Shown here: positions 62,670 to 64,000 of the stretch, piece after piece
Position numbering within the stretch: position 1 is the first letter of the stretch
How the letters are laid out: the number at the start of each line of letters is the position of its first letter
Notes under the pieces: generated by a model
What the model saw: only the letters and a program-made list of their open reading frames with translations
Databases searched by the model: none
Told to the model about the DNA's origin: nothing
Program-made: the position numbers and the translations under genes
From: Callorhinchus milii
Lineage: Eukaryota
Assembly: GCF_018977255.1 (NCBI RefSeq)
Contig: NW_024704742.1
Coordinates: forward strand, 33,544,001 to 33,608,000
Reading direction: 5' to 3'
DNA length: 64,000 nucleotides

Positions 62670-62970
62670 TTGAGTCGGGTGGTCCGAGCAAGACAAGCAG
62701 CAGGAAGCTTGTTAGACAGTGCTCTCAATGACAAATTGAGGTTTTAGCTGTTTTAACTTCAGCAGTACATCAACACATACTCTGGACTTCCCAAACCTAA
62801 TATTCTGTGGAATTAGTTAAGCAAGGTGCATCCCTCTCTCCAAAGAGAGGGTGCGTATGGCATTTCAGACACAGGGAAATTTCCATGTGTAGATGGCATA
62901 TATATGTCATGTTTGGTTACTTTTAAGCATGGTGATAGGTTCTGCATGTTAGACACTCAGCTGACCAAAA
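62670..62970 (+). mobile_element. 5'-truncated copy of the unclassified retroposon
   Basis: gggtggtcc...gacaagcag...gacagtg...ttttagctg...tttccatgtgtagatgg...taagcatggtgat...cagctgaccAAAA. Confidence 0.8.
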
Positions 62971-64000
62971 CATAATTGGGAAGGGTGATAGAGCCCAGGT
63001 CATTGGGGTCATTTCAGAAAGATTTTAATATAATAAGAAAATAGGATGACTATTCTGCATATGTGCTGCAGAGTTTTCTTCATCCAAATCTCCCTTGTGA
63101 TCTTAAGACAGCACGTCACTCTAAGCAATGATATCCACCTTGAAGTGTTCCTTAATGTCAGTAGTTTGGGAGGGAATTGATAAAAGGGAGACCATTTTCA
63201 TGTTTAGAAACATGAGCTTTGAGTAAGAAAATATTGTACTCCAATAATTTGAACTTCCTGATCTAGGCATCAGGCTGATCTATTTCCGGTGGGAAGAGAA
63301 TTTGGTAACAGTCATGCCAATGATCAAAGCCTTGGGTGTAAAGGGTACAGAAACCAGGAGGGTCAATTGAACAGACACTAGCAGAGCAAGTTGCCTGAGT
63401 GTTGTGATCTGAAGTCAGCGTATCAATAAAACAATGGCAGTGGGAACTCTCCTGTCTGTACTGGGAGGGTGTCTTGCCTGTAATTGGAGGTCAGAAAGCA
63501 GAGGAATGAGATCGCACATTTGTTTCAGCCCAGCCACACTGGAATGTAGTCTCAGCAGATTCTGATTCGTCCTTCAAAATTCATCAAAAGCATGCACCGG
63601 GGATTCAATATTTATGTTGGCAGCTTGTTAGCAGAATATTAAAGATTCTACAAAGAGGAATAAGAAATCCTGCTCCTCTGGAGAGACAATCTGATCAAAT
63701 AACATTCCTATTTAGAAAAGGGGTTCAATAGATTTATTTTCTGATTCCAAATGTAATTTATGATTGTTTTCAACTATGTGCTACACATCTGTCTCAAATT
63801 AGTGAGAGAAGTGCACATCCACCAACAATGCTCCAGATGTTTTCGATGCAGATGTGACATTTTCAACTCAGTTTCTCTTCGTTATGAATGATTTCCACTC
63901 AAAACTATTTCACAATAGCATACGGCTCACAATTCTCAAACAAAGTCTCTGTTACCCTCCCTGAATGAACAGGAACTCTGCTTGGTCAGTTTACACATCA

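Noticed and set aside
63280..63500. Possible ancient L2 RT fragment (minus)
   Set aside because: Similarity too diffuse to support by eye.
1..64000. CRISPR arrays, operons or prokaryotic defence systems
   Set aside because: No regularly spaced repeat-spacer array or gene-dense architecture; the sequence is vertebrate-type repeat-rich DNA.

Overview
Eukaryotic, AT-rich, repeat-dense DNA with no host protein-coding exon that I can support; it reads as intron or gene desert. The repeat complement points to a cartilaginous fish, probably a holocephalan such as Callorhinchus milii (inference). It comprises L2 LINEs with (TTG)n tails, CR1 LINEs with (GATTCTAT)n tails, Deu-domain SINEs, a tRNA-head SINE with an L2 tail, LF-SINE-like relics, and hAT and Harbinger fossils. 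Nearly all ORFs with recognisable homology are decayed L2/CR1 ORF2 pieces; the largest element is a ~3.3 kb degenerate CR1 at 59056-62320 (-). The most notable observation is an unclassified ~566 bp non-coding, structured, oligo(A)-tailed retroposon at 40415-40980 (-), flanked by an exact 9-bp target-site duplication, with four more partial copies in the window. Also found: a ~114 bp TA-flanked MITE family (3 copies), a hAT MITE split by an L2, a multi-layer nested insertion inside an old inverted repeat, a ~315 bp hairpin-rich repeat (2 copies), several tail-to-tail inverted L2/SINE pairs, and TE-poor islands that may hold conserved non-coding elements. Family names come from remembered consensus motifs, not database searches, and boundaries of old repeats are approximate.
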